A DNA stretch of 64,000 bases from an uncultured delta proteobacterium (GTDB lineage: Bacteria; Desulfobacterota; Binatia; Binatales; Binataceae): positions 1,504,001 through 1,568,000 of the forward strand of contig CAWEEQ010000004.1 in NCBI GenBank assembly GCA_963808235.1, in the 5' to 3' direction. Below are positions 48,653-59,287 of the stretch, piece after piece. The notes below the pieces were generated by a model that saw only the letters and a list, made by a program, of their open reading frames with translations, was not told the origin of the DNA and made no database searches. A program made the translations under genes and the position numbers. Numbering within the stretch: the stretch's first letter is position 1; each line of letters begins with the position of its first letter.

Positions 48653-49747
48653 TTATTGTTTGAGGAACGGGTGTCCAACCCCGCCGAAATTTGGAGCGCT
48701 CGCATCGCCGTAGCTATTCGCGACGACCTGGCTGATGAAGTGCACAAAGACCTGGCCCGGCTTGCAGCCGTTCGGGGCGCCGGTTTCGCCGCAGTAGCTG
48801 TCGAGCCATAGCGTGGCGAATGCATCCACTTGCACCGTCGTCCGGCCGTTTTGATGTTCCCAGTCCACCACTGGCAGGACGAACACCCGAGGATTTGTTC
48901 CGATATGATTTGAGAAAGTGCCGTTCGGGTCGACGCTCGCGGCCGTGTTAATGCGGTCCTGGAAGCCCTGATCGACGGGGCCGACCTTCTTGCCTGGTTC
49001 GGTGGTCACCCAGTCTCCAACCGTGACTAGTCCGCTATAACCATCGGCGATATTGCCGCGCAGATTGTTTCCGCCGACTCCGCCCAGCGCCAGCAAGTCC
49101 CAGTTGCCCGGTCCGACCTCACCCTGGTTTAGGGTTATCGGATTGTCGTAGCTGTACACCGTGTTGTGATCGAGTCCGATCGGTATGAGCTGGCAAGAGC
49201 CGATGGTATTACAGGGAGCAGGCAGCGGTGCGGGTCCGGGTCCAGGAGCGCCGACACTGTAGGTCGGAGGTGGGAGCACCGCAGTGGCCGAAGCCTTAAC
49301 GATGCCTGTGGTAAGTCCAAGCACGCGGGCGAAGAAGTAAGGAACCGTTCGCTGCACCGACATCGAGATCGAAAGGTCATTCACCGCGACGGTGGTAGAC
49401 TTGATCTCCGCAGCGGCAATATTGTTGGCCTCCGCGTACTGCTTAGCGATTGTGATCGCCTGAGTTGGATTCTCAGGAAGTGAGTTTCCGCCGGCGATCA
49501 CGGCCGCGTCGACCGCCTTCTGTAGCTGCATCCAGTTGTAGTACTGCACGGCGACATCGGTACCCAGGGAGATGGCACCAAGCAGTACGACGATTCCGCA
49601 GGCAACTAGAGGCATCACCTGACCAGTCGGCCATCGGCGACGCGTTTTGGGCGGTTTGACAGACCCTACGGGAAGTACAGATCTCTGCGTTCGATGTAGC
49701 AACATGTGAACCCTCCCGGACGAAACAGCAAGCAAAATGCCTGCCAT
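48653..49747 (-). CDS. TadG-like pilus protein (cassette A')
   Basis: GQVMPL..., D......LQKAVDAA..AG, VPYFFARVLG. Confidence 0.85.
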   Translation of the reverse strand: MAGILLAVSSGRVHMLLHRTQRSVLPVGSVKPPKTRRRWPTGQVMPLVACGIVVLLGAISLGTDVAVQYYNWMQLQKAVDAAVIAGGNSLPENPTQAITIAKQYAEANNIAAAEIKSTTVAVNDLSISMSVQRTVPYFFARVLGLTTGIVKASATAVLPPPTYSVGAPGPGPAPLPAPCNTIGSCQLIPIGLDHNTVYSYDNPITLNQGEVGPGNWDLLALGGVGGNNLRGNIADGYSGLVTVGDWVTTEPGKKVGPVDQGFQDRINTAASVDPNGTFSNHIGTNPRVFVLPVVDWEHQNGRTTVQVDAFATLWLDSYCGETGAPNGCKPGQVFVHFISQVVANSYGDASAPNFGGVGHPFLKQ

Positions 49748-49877
49748 CGCTCGCCGAGGGCGGCAATCAAGTCTTTTGGCCTCTAAAAACTCCTTGTGAA
49801 TCGTGGACTTTAATGGGTTTCTTGGCCCCTTGTTGGGTCTACAGGAGTCATGGTGGGCCGCTGTACTGTATCTAAAC

Positions 49878-49894
49878 TGCTACATTATGTAGCA
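49878..49894. promoter_or_regulatory. Perfect palindrome TGCTACA-TTA-TGTAGCA, candidate TF site
   Basis: Upstream of cassette A'; variants at 20559, 57167 and 59288. Confidence 0.5.
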
Positions 49895-50034
49895 AATCTG
49901 CGAGTCCGCTGAGCCTCAACGCTGGCGAAATTCAGCTTCGGATTGTGGCTCTCCGCCCCTGACCCTGACGCAAATAACTATAAAATGTTTTGCGGTCATT
50001 CCCTTCCCTCGAGGGAAAGAGACGGGTCAGGCTG

Positions 50035-50458
50035 CTATTGCGACACGAGCATCTGGGAGCTGCTGCTCAATTTGAGCGTCACGGGACTCATGAACGGAAT
50101 GTTCTGCGTGTAGAGGTATGTGATCGTGACTTGCGCATCCTTCTGCAGAGGAAGGCTCGGATCAGTGACAAAAAAAGGACCGGGAACATCGGCCGCGCTC
50201 AGGAACGGCGCCTCGTTTATGGCGATCTGCTGAATCTGAGCGTCGGTGGCCGGGTTCTGGCTGGTGGGACCATGAACCATCGCGTAGCGAGCGGCCTCCC
50301 GCGCAGCCATGCGAGATGCTGGTATATCTATAAACCACGATACCCATCTTCATGATTCCAAACAGCACCAGGAAAAAGGCCAGCGGCCATCGTCGCGAAC
50401 TCAACCGATCGTCTGGCCGCGAGGTCTCCTGACCGAGCAATGAAAACCGCTTCTTCAT
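50035..50458 (-). CDS. TadE-like pseudopilin, several frameshifts (cassette B')
   Basis: Reconstructs to RGQTIVEFA...AAREAARYAMVHG...MLVSQ. Confidence 0.7.
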
Positions 50459-50469
50459 TGTTGTTGAAT

Positions 50470-50954
50470 CTATTGTTGAACTTGCATGATCGCTTTGCCG
50501 GACAGCGTCATCGAGGAAGGAACCATTGGATACGTCAGGAGGGTATGAAAGGTTGCTGAGGTATCGACCTCGACATAGCTCGCCGTCGGCGCGTCCTTGC
50601 AGTAGCTTGCGGTGCATTCGTGACGTTCTGCGGAGTCGTCGTTACACAGGTGCAGATGATGTGGTCGGCGTATTCCAATCCGGGAATGTTCGCGCCATCG
50701 GCGTTGGCTGCCGCCACCATGCCGGCCGGAGTGGCTGCGTTTTGGACCGACTGCGAGCCGTATTGCGCGCCGGCGCGCGCCGCGTTGTTTACCGCGATGC
50801 TGACGAAGAAGACCCGGGCGAAATCGGAAACCACGAGCAGCAGCAGCACCAAAACGGGCAAGACAATCGCCAACTCGATTGCGCTCTGGCCTTTTTCAGA
50901 AAGCCAGCATCTCCGCTCTTTCGGCTTCTCTGTCTGGAACCGCACTCTATTCAT
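50470..50954 (-). CDS. TadE-like pseudopilin, frameshifted near the 3' end (cassette B')
   Basis: KGQSAIELA, NAARAGAQYG. Confidence 0.75.
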
Positions 50955-52251
50955 AAAGTCTGCTGGTGGTGATCGGTGGCGTCTGGCCTGGGCCTGACGC
51001 ACCGCTACCCAAGTAGGCACTGCCGCCGCTGAAAGTAATCTTACCAGGCGTCCAGAGACCACATTTTCGGGAGTCGTCGAACTGCCGCCCGAAAAAGTCA
51101 GCGTCGCGTCGGGGAAATAGAGCGCGCCCTGGATGTTCCCGGTGCTGCCCCCGCTGAGTGCGATCGCTGCCGCAGTGTTGGCAGGGTCCTGAAAGAAGAG
51201 AATCATGTTCGTAGCGCCGCCAGTCGTCTGCGCGGTAAGATTCGCCGTGCTGCCGCCCTGGAGGTTTATTCTTCCCGGTACCGGTATTGTAGATGGTGAC
51301 TCCGCTTCCATTGATGGTTGACGTCCCGCTGACAGTAGAGACCTTGTTGCCAGTCAGGATATAGAGACCAGAATTAAGGTGAGCGTGCCGCCGGAGAGCG
51401 TTAGATGCCAGGTCACAGTAAGTGCCCTGGTAATCGCCCGCCATGGCCGGCCAGTGGCGACTGTATTGATCGTAAGGATTTGTACCTTACACAAACTGCC
51501 TGGCGTTGGCTCCGTCGCGAGTCCAGGTAGGCCAATGGATCCGGCGTAACGGCGCAAGTTTCGGTCGTGACAATTGGCGGTGCTTCCCGCACGTAAGTGA
51601 GGCTGGTGCCCCGAGCTCCCGTCTCGCTACTCGCCACGACTCCAATCGTCGACTCGGCAGAACGTCGAACCGCCGCTGACATCCATTCGCATCGCTGTCG
51701 GAAGACTCAACCAAGAGACCGCAGCTCGCCGATAACGTGCTGAGCCGCCGCTGACGACCAAGGTCTTGTGAACCAGTCGGGTCGCAACATAATATGCAGT
51801 TGGGCGCGGTGTCATAGCCGGCGATCGCCTAGGTGCTCACGCTCACCGTTTTGTACCCAAGTGCCCGCATAAAATACGTCGGCACGGGTTCCGACACATC
51901 TGCCTCAACATAGATCCCACCGGCCGGGCTGGGAGCAGATGCCGGCGATTTAACCGTTACGGTCACGTTATTTGTGCCGTTAGTAAAACCGTCGAGCGCA
52001 GCTACATCCTGTGCGGCCGATCCGCAAACTGCGGCACTCTCGCAAGTGCAGCCCGCGCTGGTGCCGCAATCCTGTTTCAGAGCATTGGATCCCGCGATGG
52101 CCGCGGCATCGGCAGCCGTCTGCATGTTGCGCCGCGTTGCATAGAGAAAACCCACGTCAACTGCCAGCGCGGCGAAACCGAGAATTAACAACATCGCGCC
52201 AGTAGCCAGCACCACAACCTGTCCCGATTCCGACTTCCGCCCGCTCATCAT
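50947..52251 (-). pseudogene. TadG-like gene with internal stop (51829) and many indels; real decay or a low-quality assembly segment (cassette B')
   Basis: SGQVVVL..AVDVG..MQTAADAAA; scattered fragments ILFFQD, GALYFP and terminal RLYE*. Confidence 0.65.
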
Positions 52252-52602
52252 TTTGTTGATCCTTGCGAATTGATTTCGCTTCGAAGTTTTTGGCGCATCT
52301 TCAAGAACTGACCGGAACCCGCCCTGAAGTCGGATCTCCGCCACTTCTTGAGATTGATGGCGATTTACCTCCAACGCCCCGGGGTTAAAGGGTTTAACCC
52401 TGCTGCGCTGTTATAATTGAGGTTATAACTACCATTCTGTGATATCTATGGCAATCGGCTACCCGCAAATCGGGCAGTATTTATCTACTATAAGGCTACT
52501 GAGCCTTTCCGTCGGCAGAGATCAGGCGAAGGACGGTGTGCTTTCCGCTCCTAGCGCCGCCGTTTGCCGCGAGGCTTTCGCGAACCTCAGCGCCGAATCC
52601 TT

Positions 52603-54579
52603 TCAGTGCGATGCAGATTCGAACTTGTCGAGATATTTGTTTTGGAATGCAGACCAGGCGGCCAACCTCATGTAGGCCTCTTGCGCGGACTTGGAAACCG
52701 CCATGTCGCCGCTCAGATTGTGCAGCTCGAGAGGATCGCGGCTGAGATCGTAGATCTCCGAGTACCCTGAAGTCACGTCGTAGATGTACTTGTAGTTACC
52801 TTCGACGACCCCGAAGTGATAGTCGGCGAATAGATAGGCGCGCGGATCCGGCGCTGCGGCGAACAAGTCCTGTCCCTGCCACTGCTCAGGTGGGTCAAAC
52901 CCAAGCATTTCGAGGATGGTCGGAGCCAGGTCAATCTGCCGGGCGATCCGATCGATTTTTTTCTCTTTCGGGAACAGCCGCGGATTCGCAATGATCAGCG
53001 GGACTCTCACTTCCTCATCGTAGAGAGCCCATCCGTGCCCAATATGCCCGTGCTGCCCGAACTGTTCGCCATGGTCCCCGGTTACCACCACGATTGTGTC
53101 GTCAAGCAGCCCGCTCGATCCGAGTTCGCGCTCCAGGACTCCCACCAGGGAGTCGGTTTCCTGGGCTGACGCCAGATACCGGTTGAGGTCGTTGTCAGAG
53201 GCGCCAAATGATTTCAGCGCCGGCGGGGTGTAGGGCATGTGGGTGTCATTGGTCCACAGCACCAGGAAGAACGGCTTGGAGCGATCAGTCCCGATCCAGT
53301 TCATCGCCGCCGGTATCAGGGCGGCATCGCGCGAGACGACATTCATCGTAACCACCTTCTGCGGCGTGAATCCCGGCAGGCGGCCCCTGGAATAGAGCTC
53401 CGGGAATCCGTGGCCGTGCAGATAGTATTTCTCTCTGGGAGCCAGACTTCCGGAATGGATCAAAGCCACTCGGTAACCGTTGCCTTGCAGGACCCCGCCG
53501 ATCCCGGGAATCGAGAGTTCCGGCGCGTGCGTCAGCACCGCCTCCCAGTAGTGGTATGGGTACACCGACGTGAACAGCGCCGCGATCGCATTGTCGCTGT
53601 ATGGGCACGACACGTAGGTTCTCTGGAACAAGGCGCCGTGCTGCGCCAAGCGCTCCATTTCGGGCGAGTCTGCGTAGGGCGCGCCGTAGAGTCCCAGGTA
53701 CCGGCTTCCGAGCGATTCTCCGATCAACATGACGACATTCCTGGGATGCCATGTCTTGCCCGCCGACGAGATCGCCGGAGCCGCATTCGCGCTGGGATCG
53801 GCCGCAGCAATGCGGCGATGCGCCGGCATGAAGTCGTCGAGGTAATCGCGCGGGAACTTTCCCGCGATAAATGCTTCTTGGTTGTGATCGGCGAGGGACT
53901 TCAGAAATGCCCATTCCGGGTTCGCAAACGCGCTTTGATAGGCGCGCCAATTCGCTCCCCAAGCTATACCCACCGTCACGTAGAGCACCACGCAGATCGC
54001 CCCCGCGAACGAATGGAACCCGCGCGCCGCTCGCCCCAGCAAGTTAGGAGCGGCCCAGTATATAGCCAGTGCAATCGCAAGCGCGCTCAGCGGCGCGAGC
54101 AAAATCCCGTGCAGGTATTGCCCGGTTTGCGTGAAGTACACGACGCTCTCACGGATATAGTCCAGGTGGCTCGAGAGAACGATCAACTGGTAGGTAAGCG
54201 AACCCTGAAAGTAGTTGTACAGTTCCAGATTTAATATCGCATACCCCGCCGCGAACAGTGCGACCATCAACGACCCGATGTAGGCAGAGCGCCGAACCCA
54301 GGGACGGCTCAGCATGGGAAGTAAAAGCCATGAGGCCCAACTCAAAAGCGCAATCAACGCAACGTCCTGGTAGGCGGCGAGCGGAAGCCAGGGCACCAGC
54401 ATCGGCTCGGGATGAAACATCGGCTGCGCGGCCTCGAGCACCTCGAGCCGCGCGTTGATGACTACCGCGGCAACCCCGAGCCATACGGCGAACAATCTGT
54501 CGCGGTCGCGCAAGGTAGCCTGCGCGGCGCGAGTTCTATCCCATAGCGATGAAATCGAGTTGAACTTCCAGGACTTCAA
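52603..54579 (-). CDS. LTA-synthase/sulfatase-superfamily membrane enzyme
   Basis: About 5 N-terminal TMs; NVVMLIGES, THMPY, GDHGE...GH, DLAPT; no CxPxR motif. Confidence 0.85.
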   Translation of the reverse strand: MKSWKFNSISSLWDRTRAAQATLRDRDRLFAVWLGVAAVVINARLEVLEAAQPMFHPEPMLVPWLPLAAYQDVALIALLSWASWLLLPMLSRPWVRRSAYIGSLMVALFAAGYAILNLELYNYFQGSLTYQLIVLSSHLDYIRESVVYFTQTGQYLHGILLAPLSALAIALAIYWAAPNLLGRAARGFHSFAGAICVVLYVTVGIAWGANWRAYQSAFANPEWAFLKSLADHNQEAFIAGKFPRDYLDDFMPAHRRIAAADPSANAAPAISSAGKTWHPRNVVMLIGESLGSRYLGLYGAPYADSPEMERLAQHGALFQRTYVSCPYSDNAIAALFTSVYPYHYWEAVLTHAPELSIPGIGGVLQGNGYRVALIHSGSLAPREKYYLHGHGFPELYSRGRLPGFTPQKVVTMNVVSRDAALIPAAMNWIGTDRSKPFFLVLWTNDTHMPYTPPALKSFGASDNDLNRYLASAQETDSLVGVLERELGSSGLLDDTIVVVTGDHGEQFGQHGHIGHGWALYDEEVRVPLIIANPRLFPKEKKIDRIARQIDLAPTILEMLGFDPPEQWQGQDLFAAAPDPRAYLFADYHFGVVEGNYKYIYDVTSGYSEIYDLSRDPLELHNLSGDMAVSKSAQEAYMRLAAWSAFQNKYLDKFESASH

Positions 54580-54717
54580 CGCGTTTTGCTGGTTTGGTCA
54601 GACAAAGATGATGCGGCAGACTTGACCGGTCGATCCTAACAGAGAACGACAAGCTTCGGTATGTTGCGAGCGGGCTGCCCGGCGCTGGTCAGCCCGCTCG
54701 CCGCAGAATCCGATCCC

Positions 54718-56103
54718 CTACTCTGCCAGCGAAGCGCCGATCTTGAACGGCGATCCGTCCGAGAGCGAGGAGTAGTTGTCTCCGATCGTGTAACTGCTTC
54801 CAAAGCGCATGTCGTACGCCAGGAAGTTATTGTACGGAGGGCTGCCCGTGCCTCCAAAACTGAGCTCGCTGTTGGGAAAGTAGAACGTACCAGTGTAGCT
54901 CCCGCACGCAATCTCGTTAGTGGTTGTAATCGGGGCAGATCGATCCTCCATGAACAGTATCCCTTCAGTAGCCCCTGAGGTCGGCGGCGACAGGCTGGTA
55001 CTGGTCGACGCTTGTATGTTGATTTGGGTGAAAGTGGTGGACACGCCAGCCTTTCCCCCCATCACGCCGGTGTTGTAAAAGGTCACTCCAGTCCCCTGCA
55101 GGTTCGGACCTGTTGCGGCGCATACCGGCGTCGTGGGGCACTGATCCGTCCCGCAACTACCCGAGCTGGCTGGTAGCCCGGTCGCAGCGTTCAGCGTGGC
55201 CTTCATTCCGCCACCTTTGAGAATGTAAGTTCCCGGATTGAAGTGGACGGTGACGCTGCCGCTTATTTGGATGCCGCCGCAGTATGTGCCCTGACTCAGA
55301 GTCGTGTTCGTAGTGATCTTCATGGGGGTTGTACCAGTACCAAAATCGCACCCTCCGGCCACTGGCTCCTGCACATACGCGAGCGGATCGGTTACCGGGA
55401 GCTGTCCCGTTTTCGGAGTCGGCTGGACGCAGTCGCCGTCGTCAATGAAACCGCCGACGATGGTGATCGACTTCATGTTGGTGCATCCGCCACTGTGAGT
55501 GCTGATTGGATCGACGGAATCCGAGTCGACCATGATGGCGCAGGTTGGGCCGTTCAGTACGGCTGCGTTGTTACCCTGTCCAATGGTGAGCACGTGACGG
55601 GCGGAGCTGGGATCGTTCATCCAGACGCAGACCGGCGAGCTGAGAATCGTTGCGGTCGCCCTGGTCGTCATGGGCACCGATTTTATGCTCAGCACGCGCA
55701 GGAAATAGGTCGGCACCGTTTGGCTGATGATCGCTTCCGCGTATTTGCTGTCGCCCTTATAGGGCCCGCCTTTCGGGGGATTGTTGATGGTAACTGTCAC
55801 TTTGTTGGGCCCGCCGGCTGTGAATCCGTTGATCGAGGCGTCGTTCTGGCCAGCCGATTGCACGGTTGCCGCATTCCCGCTGAGAATTTCCTCAGCCGCG
55901 GCCTTTGCCGCTGCGTCAGTCGCGGCGCGCATTTGGTGATCCGTGGCCCACAGCAATCCGACGTCGACGGCGAGACCGGCCATCGCGAGCAGGACGACTA
56001 GCCCGACGCCGACCAGTACCATGACTTGCCCGCGCGAGCGTCCGATGCGCGAATTGTTGGTGGCGCCGCTACGCGCCTCATGCTGTCGAAAGAAGGTCTT
56101 CAT
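54718..56103 (-). CDS. TadG-like pilus protein (cassette B)
   Basis: RGQVMVL..AVDVG, NNPP..GPY, TYFLRVL, DPL, GTYCGG, GILF..DR. Confidence 0.88.
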   Translation of the reverse strand: MKTFFRQHEARSGATNNSRIGRSRGQVMVLVGVGLVVLLAMAGLAVDVGLLWATDHQMRAATDAAAKAAAEEILSGNAATVQSAGQNDASINGFTAGGPNKVTVTINNPPKGGPYKGDSKYAEAIISQTVPTYFLRVLSIKSVPMTTRATATILSSPVCVWMNDPSSARHVLTIGQGNNAAVLNGPTCAIMVDSDSVDPISTHSGGCTNMKSITIVGGFIDDGDCVQPTPKTGQLPVTDPLAYVQEPVAGGCDFGTGTTPMKITTNTTLSQGTYCGGIQISGSVTVHFNPGTYILKGGGMKATLNAATGLPASSGSCGTDQCPTTPVCAATGPNLQGTGVTFYNTGVMGGKAGVSTTFTQINIQASTSTSLSPPTSGATEGILFMEDRSAPITTTNEIACGSYTGTFYFPNSELSFGGTGSPPYNNFLAYDMRFGSSYTIGDNYSSLSDGSPFKIGASLAE

Positions 56104-56149
56104 TAGGATTCCTCTCGTTACCAGGTCGAAAGTTGTCTGATCCCGCAAA

Positions 56150-56665
56150 TCACTGCGCTCGTATCTGCGATAAACCGTTCAATGTGAACGAACTCGGAAA
56201 GATATGGTAGTTGATCAAAGTATTCAGCGTCGCAGAGGTCTGGACCTTCACCCAAATCCGTATGTCGGTGCAAGTTGGGGGGATACTTCCACCCGCCATG
56301 GTTGTGATAGGGGGGCCGCACTTCAGCGCCGTACCGTTCGAGCACTGGCAAATTTCCTGGGCGGTCGTCGTGTGCATCGTCAGGCCCTTGCCCGACGGCG
56401 CGTCTTTATTGGCCGCGCTAATCATGCCCGCGGTATCGGGAGCTGTGGTCAAACTCTGGGCACCGTATTGCGCGCCGGCACGAGCCGCTTCACCGATTCC
56501 GATATAGAAATACATGACGCGGCCAAAGTCGATTATCGACAGCAAAATGATCAGTAAGACCGGAGTCACCACGGCCGCTTCGATAATAGACTGTCCACGC
56601 CGCCAGCCGCTGGGTTTCGATCTCGCGGGTTTCGGAACTGTTGCCCTCGGATAAAAGGTCTTCAT
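56150..56665 (-). CDS. TadE-like pseudopilin (cassette B)
   Basis: RGQSIIEAA, AARAGAQYG. Confidence 0.88.
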   Translation of the reverse strand: MKTFYPRATVPKPARSKPSGWRRGQSIIEAAVVTPVLLIILLSIIDFGRVMYFYIGIGEAARAGAQYGAQSLTTAPDTAGMISAANKDAPSGKGLTMHTTTAQEICQCSNGTALKCGPPITTMAGGSIPPTCTDIRIWVKVQTSATLNTLINYHIFPSSFTLNGLSQIRAQ

Positions 56666-57078
56666 TGGCTTATTACGAGCTGCGCCGTGGAGACGAGCGG
56701 GAGCGTAACGGTTCCCATTATTGGCAGCGAGTACTTGAAAGTGTATTGCACCTGCACCTGCACCGTGCTGCCGGGTTTATTGTCAGGCGTCCAGGTGGGA
56801 GTAACCACCAGCTCGCCTTTGCTGTTATCGATGTTCAGCTCGGACTTAACGAAGTTTTGCACATCGGCCGTCGAGGCCGCCGCCGGAGCCGAGTCGCCGC
56901 GGACCGATGCCCATCGGACGGCATCGTGAGACGCCGTGGACACCCAGTTGTACGCGAAAATCACTTCTCCCAAATACGTGGTCGCGAGCAATATAAATAG
57001 AAATACGAGTGCAATACCCGCAAACTCCAGCGACGTTTGACCCTTTTGATTTATTTGCAACTGCCCCTTGTCGATCAT
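56662..57078 (-). CDS. TadE-like pseudopilin (cassette B)
   Basis: KGQTSLEFA, AVRWASVRG, V.V.V.Y. Confidence 0.88.
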   Translation of the reverse strand: MIDKGQLQINQKGQTSLEFAGIALVFLFILLATTYLGEVIFAYNWVSTASHDAVRWASVRGDSAPAAASTADVQNFVKSELNIDNSKGELVVTPTWTPDNKPGSTVQVQVQYTFKYSLPIMGTVTLPLVSTAQLVISQ

Positions 57079-57164
57079 CGTTCGACCGCTCCGCGATCCC
57101 CCGTCTTTTTTCCGCGCGCTGGAATTAAGCGTGCGCCCTGCTCACGAGACCAATTGCGCCAGCA

Positions 57165-57400
57165 CCACTACATATTGTGTAAAAATCAGCCAAAACCGTG
57201 TCGATGACTACTAGCTATATGAAAAGTGACCAAATAGACAGCTAGAGTTTTATCTTACTTACTCGTGACACGCTAAACTTGCCTGCGACCCGAAATACGT
57301 GTCTTTATCCAGTTTCGCTGCTGCGTGGACGGTATTCTCTATATGCGCCGTGCTTAAGTCAAGTTTGGCGCCGCTCCAATAGTTTCGCTTAACCACCCAG
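57165..57400 (-). promoter_or_regulatory. Promoter TTGACT-N17-GAGAAT plus conserved leader (copy 1)
   Basis: -35 at 57357-57362, -10 at 57334-57339; homologous to 59288-59510. Confidence 0.7.
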
Positions 57401-57596
57401 TCGGTGTGGATTCTCGATTAAGAGAGTAGTAGTGCCGTGAGGAACTAATAGAGCAGCGTAAAGTTGCGAGCGCGACTCGTCGCAGCGATTTTTATGCGAC
57501 TAAACCGGAGCGCCGCGCTCCCCTGCAGTCCTTCGGCCCTCGAAACCGCGGTGGTCCGGGTTGTTCAAAGCAGGCGCGAGACCGTCTACCGATCGT

Positions 57597-58127
57597 CTAT
57601 TCCGTCATCGCCGATTCGGTGGAGGACAAGTTGGTAGGAAACTTAATTCCCAACAGAGTCTTGGAGGGCAGAAAGATCTTGCCCGTGGCGTCGTAGCTGA
57701 CCGTGACATTGATCGGGCACCCGTACGAGCGCCCACCTTTCGCGCCTGCGGTGCAAGAGGCGTCGCCGCCCGGTGTTAGCGTGATCTGCGCCGTCGCGCT
57801 GATCGTGGGCGACATCTCGTTCGCGATCGCAGTCTTGAGCGAGGCACTGTCGAGGGTCTCGTTGACTGAAGCGGCGCGCGCGCCCACGAATGACGCCTGG
57901 CTGACTGCAAGCGCCGCCTGTCCGATGATCGCGAACTGGATGCCTATCAGCATCACCGCCAGGGCGACGACCGCGATCAAAGCGAATTCAACCATCGCCT
58001 GACCGCTTTCACAGACCCACGTCAGTAGCTGCTTTGGTCTGGCGCGAAGAGCCTCGGGCATCCTGCCCGCATGTGAATTTGCGTTCACAAATGGATTCCC
58101 CTCTTTACTAACCTCTGGGCGAGCCAA
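57597..58127 (-). CDS. TadE-like pseudopilin (cassette A)
   Basis: SGQAMVEFA, GIQFAIIG, GARAA; start uncertain. Confidence 0.85.
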   Translation of the reverse strand: MARPEVSKEGNPFVNANSHAGRMPEALRARPKQLLTWVCESGQAMVEFALIAVVALAVMLIGIQFAIIGQAALAVSQASFVGARAASVNETLDSASLKTAIANEMSPTISATAQITLTPGGDASCTAGAKGGRSYGCPINVTVSYDATGKIFLPSKTLLGIKFPTNLSSTESAMTE

Positions 58128-58180
58128 CCGTGTCCGTTATCTCCGGCAAACTAAAGCTCCGGACCAACTGATTGAAACCA

Positions 58181-59152
58181 CTATTTGAGTAAAACCGCTT
58201 TCGTAGTGCCGGTCTTCGGCCCGTTCAAACTCGCGACGGTCATCGTGTCGCTGGTGGAAACGACGACTGCATAGTATCCCTTGCCTCCGGGTTCCGGAAC
58301 TATCAGGGCGGTGATGAACCCGGTGACATCGACGGTTCCATGGCCGTTCGGAAATGACTGAACCATGGGTATGACGATCACCCGGGGATCGTTAGGATCC
58401 GCCAGATCGGAAGGGTTGCTCGGATTGGGCACTTCACTTCCCGCGTTGTAACGGTCCGCGATACCGGCCGGTCCGTGGATATTGATGTCGTTGCCGGTCT
58501 GGGTACTCACATCGGTGGTACCCACCATAATCGGGCTAGTTCCCTGGTAGCCGTTTTCGATCGCCTTGGTGTAATTGGCGCCGCCATAGTGTTGCCCATC
58601 GGCAAATTGCAGGCCTCCCCAGTTACCGGGTGATTGGCGAGCAATATTGGTGTCACCCGGCAGAGCGAAACTTGTGCCCGGCGCCATGCACGGCGGGCCT
58701 GGACATACAAAGCCAAACGGGACCAAGTGATTCCCGCCTGCGCCGTCGACCGCTTCTATTCCCGCCGTTGCCGATACCTGAATCGGAGCATTCAACACTC
58801 CAATGGCCCGCGCGAACAGATACGGCACGGTCCGGCTGACAGTAATCGTTATAGTCTTGTGGTCGGCAGATACCGTGGGCGCACCACCGGCAATTTCGGT
58901 CGACAGAACTCCATTCAAGGTCGCGTAGTTCGTGGCAGTCGAGATGGCCTTGGTGTCACCCGTGGAGTCCGTGCCATTGAGCCAGCCGGCGCCAGAGAGC
59001 ACCGCCGCGTCGGCAGCCTTCTGCATTCCTTGCCAGTTCATGTATATGACGGCCATATCGCAACAGAGGCCGAGCGCACCGACCAGCACCGGCAATGCGA
59101 TAGTATATAGGACGAGGATCTGGCCCTTGGAACTACGACGAAGGATACTCAT
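58181..59152 (-). CDS. TadG-like pilus protein (cassette A)
   Basis: KGQILVL, MQKAADAAVLSG, VPYLFARAIG, PGNWG. Confidence 0.87.
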   Translation of the reverse strand: MSILRRSSKGQILVLYTIALPVLVGALGLCCDMAVIYMNWQGMQKAADAAVLSGAGWLNGTDSTGDTKAISTATNYATLNGVLSTEIAGGAPTVSADHKTITITVSRTVPYLFARAIGVLNAPIQVSATAGIEAVDGAGGNHLVPFGFVCPGPPCMAPGTSFALPGDTNIARQSPGNWGGLQFADGQHYGGANYTKAIENGYQGTSPIMVGTTDVSTQTGNDINIHGPAGIADRYNAGSEVPNPSNPSDLADPNDPRVIVIPMVQSFPNGHGTVDVTGFITALIVPEPGGKGYYAVVVSTSDTMTVASLNGPKTGTTKAVLLK

Positions 59153-59287
59153 TTGCTTTCCACTCCCTCTATATCGGCGGGCAGCGCGCGATCCATTGCG
59201 CTCTGTCCGCCCATAGTAAGTTGAATCGCGGGCGTCCCGATCGGCTGATCGACCCGCGCAGCACTCATCTTTAACTCCGCCAGCGTC

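Noticed and set aside
49959-50031. Branched hairpin (CCTGACCC/GGGTCAGG) as an ncRNA
   Set aside because: Lies directly after a stop codon; more likely a transcript-end structure; no known motif
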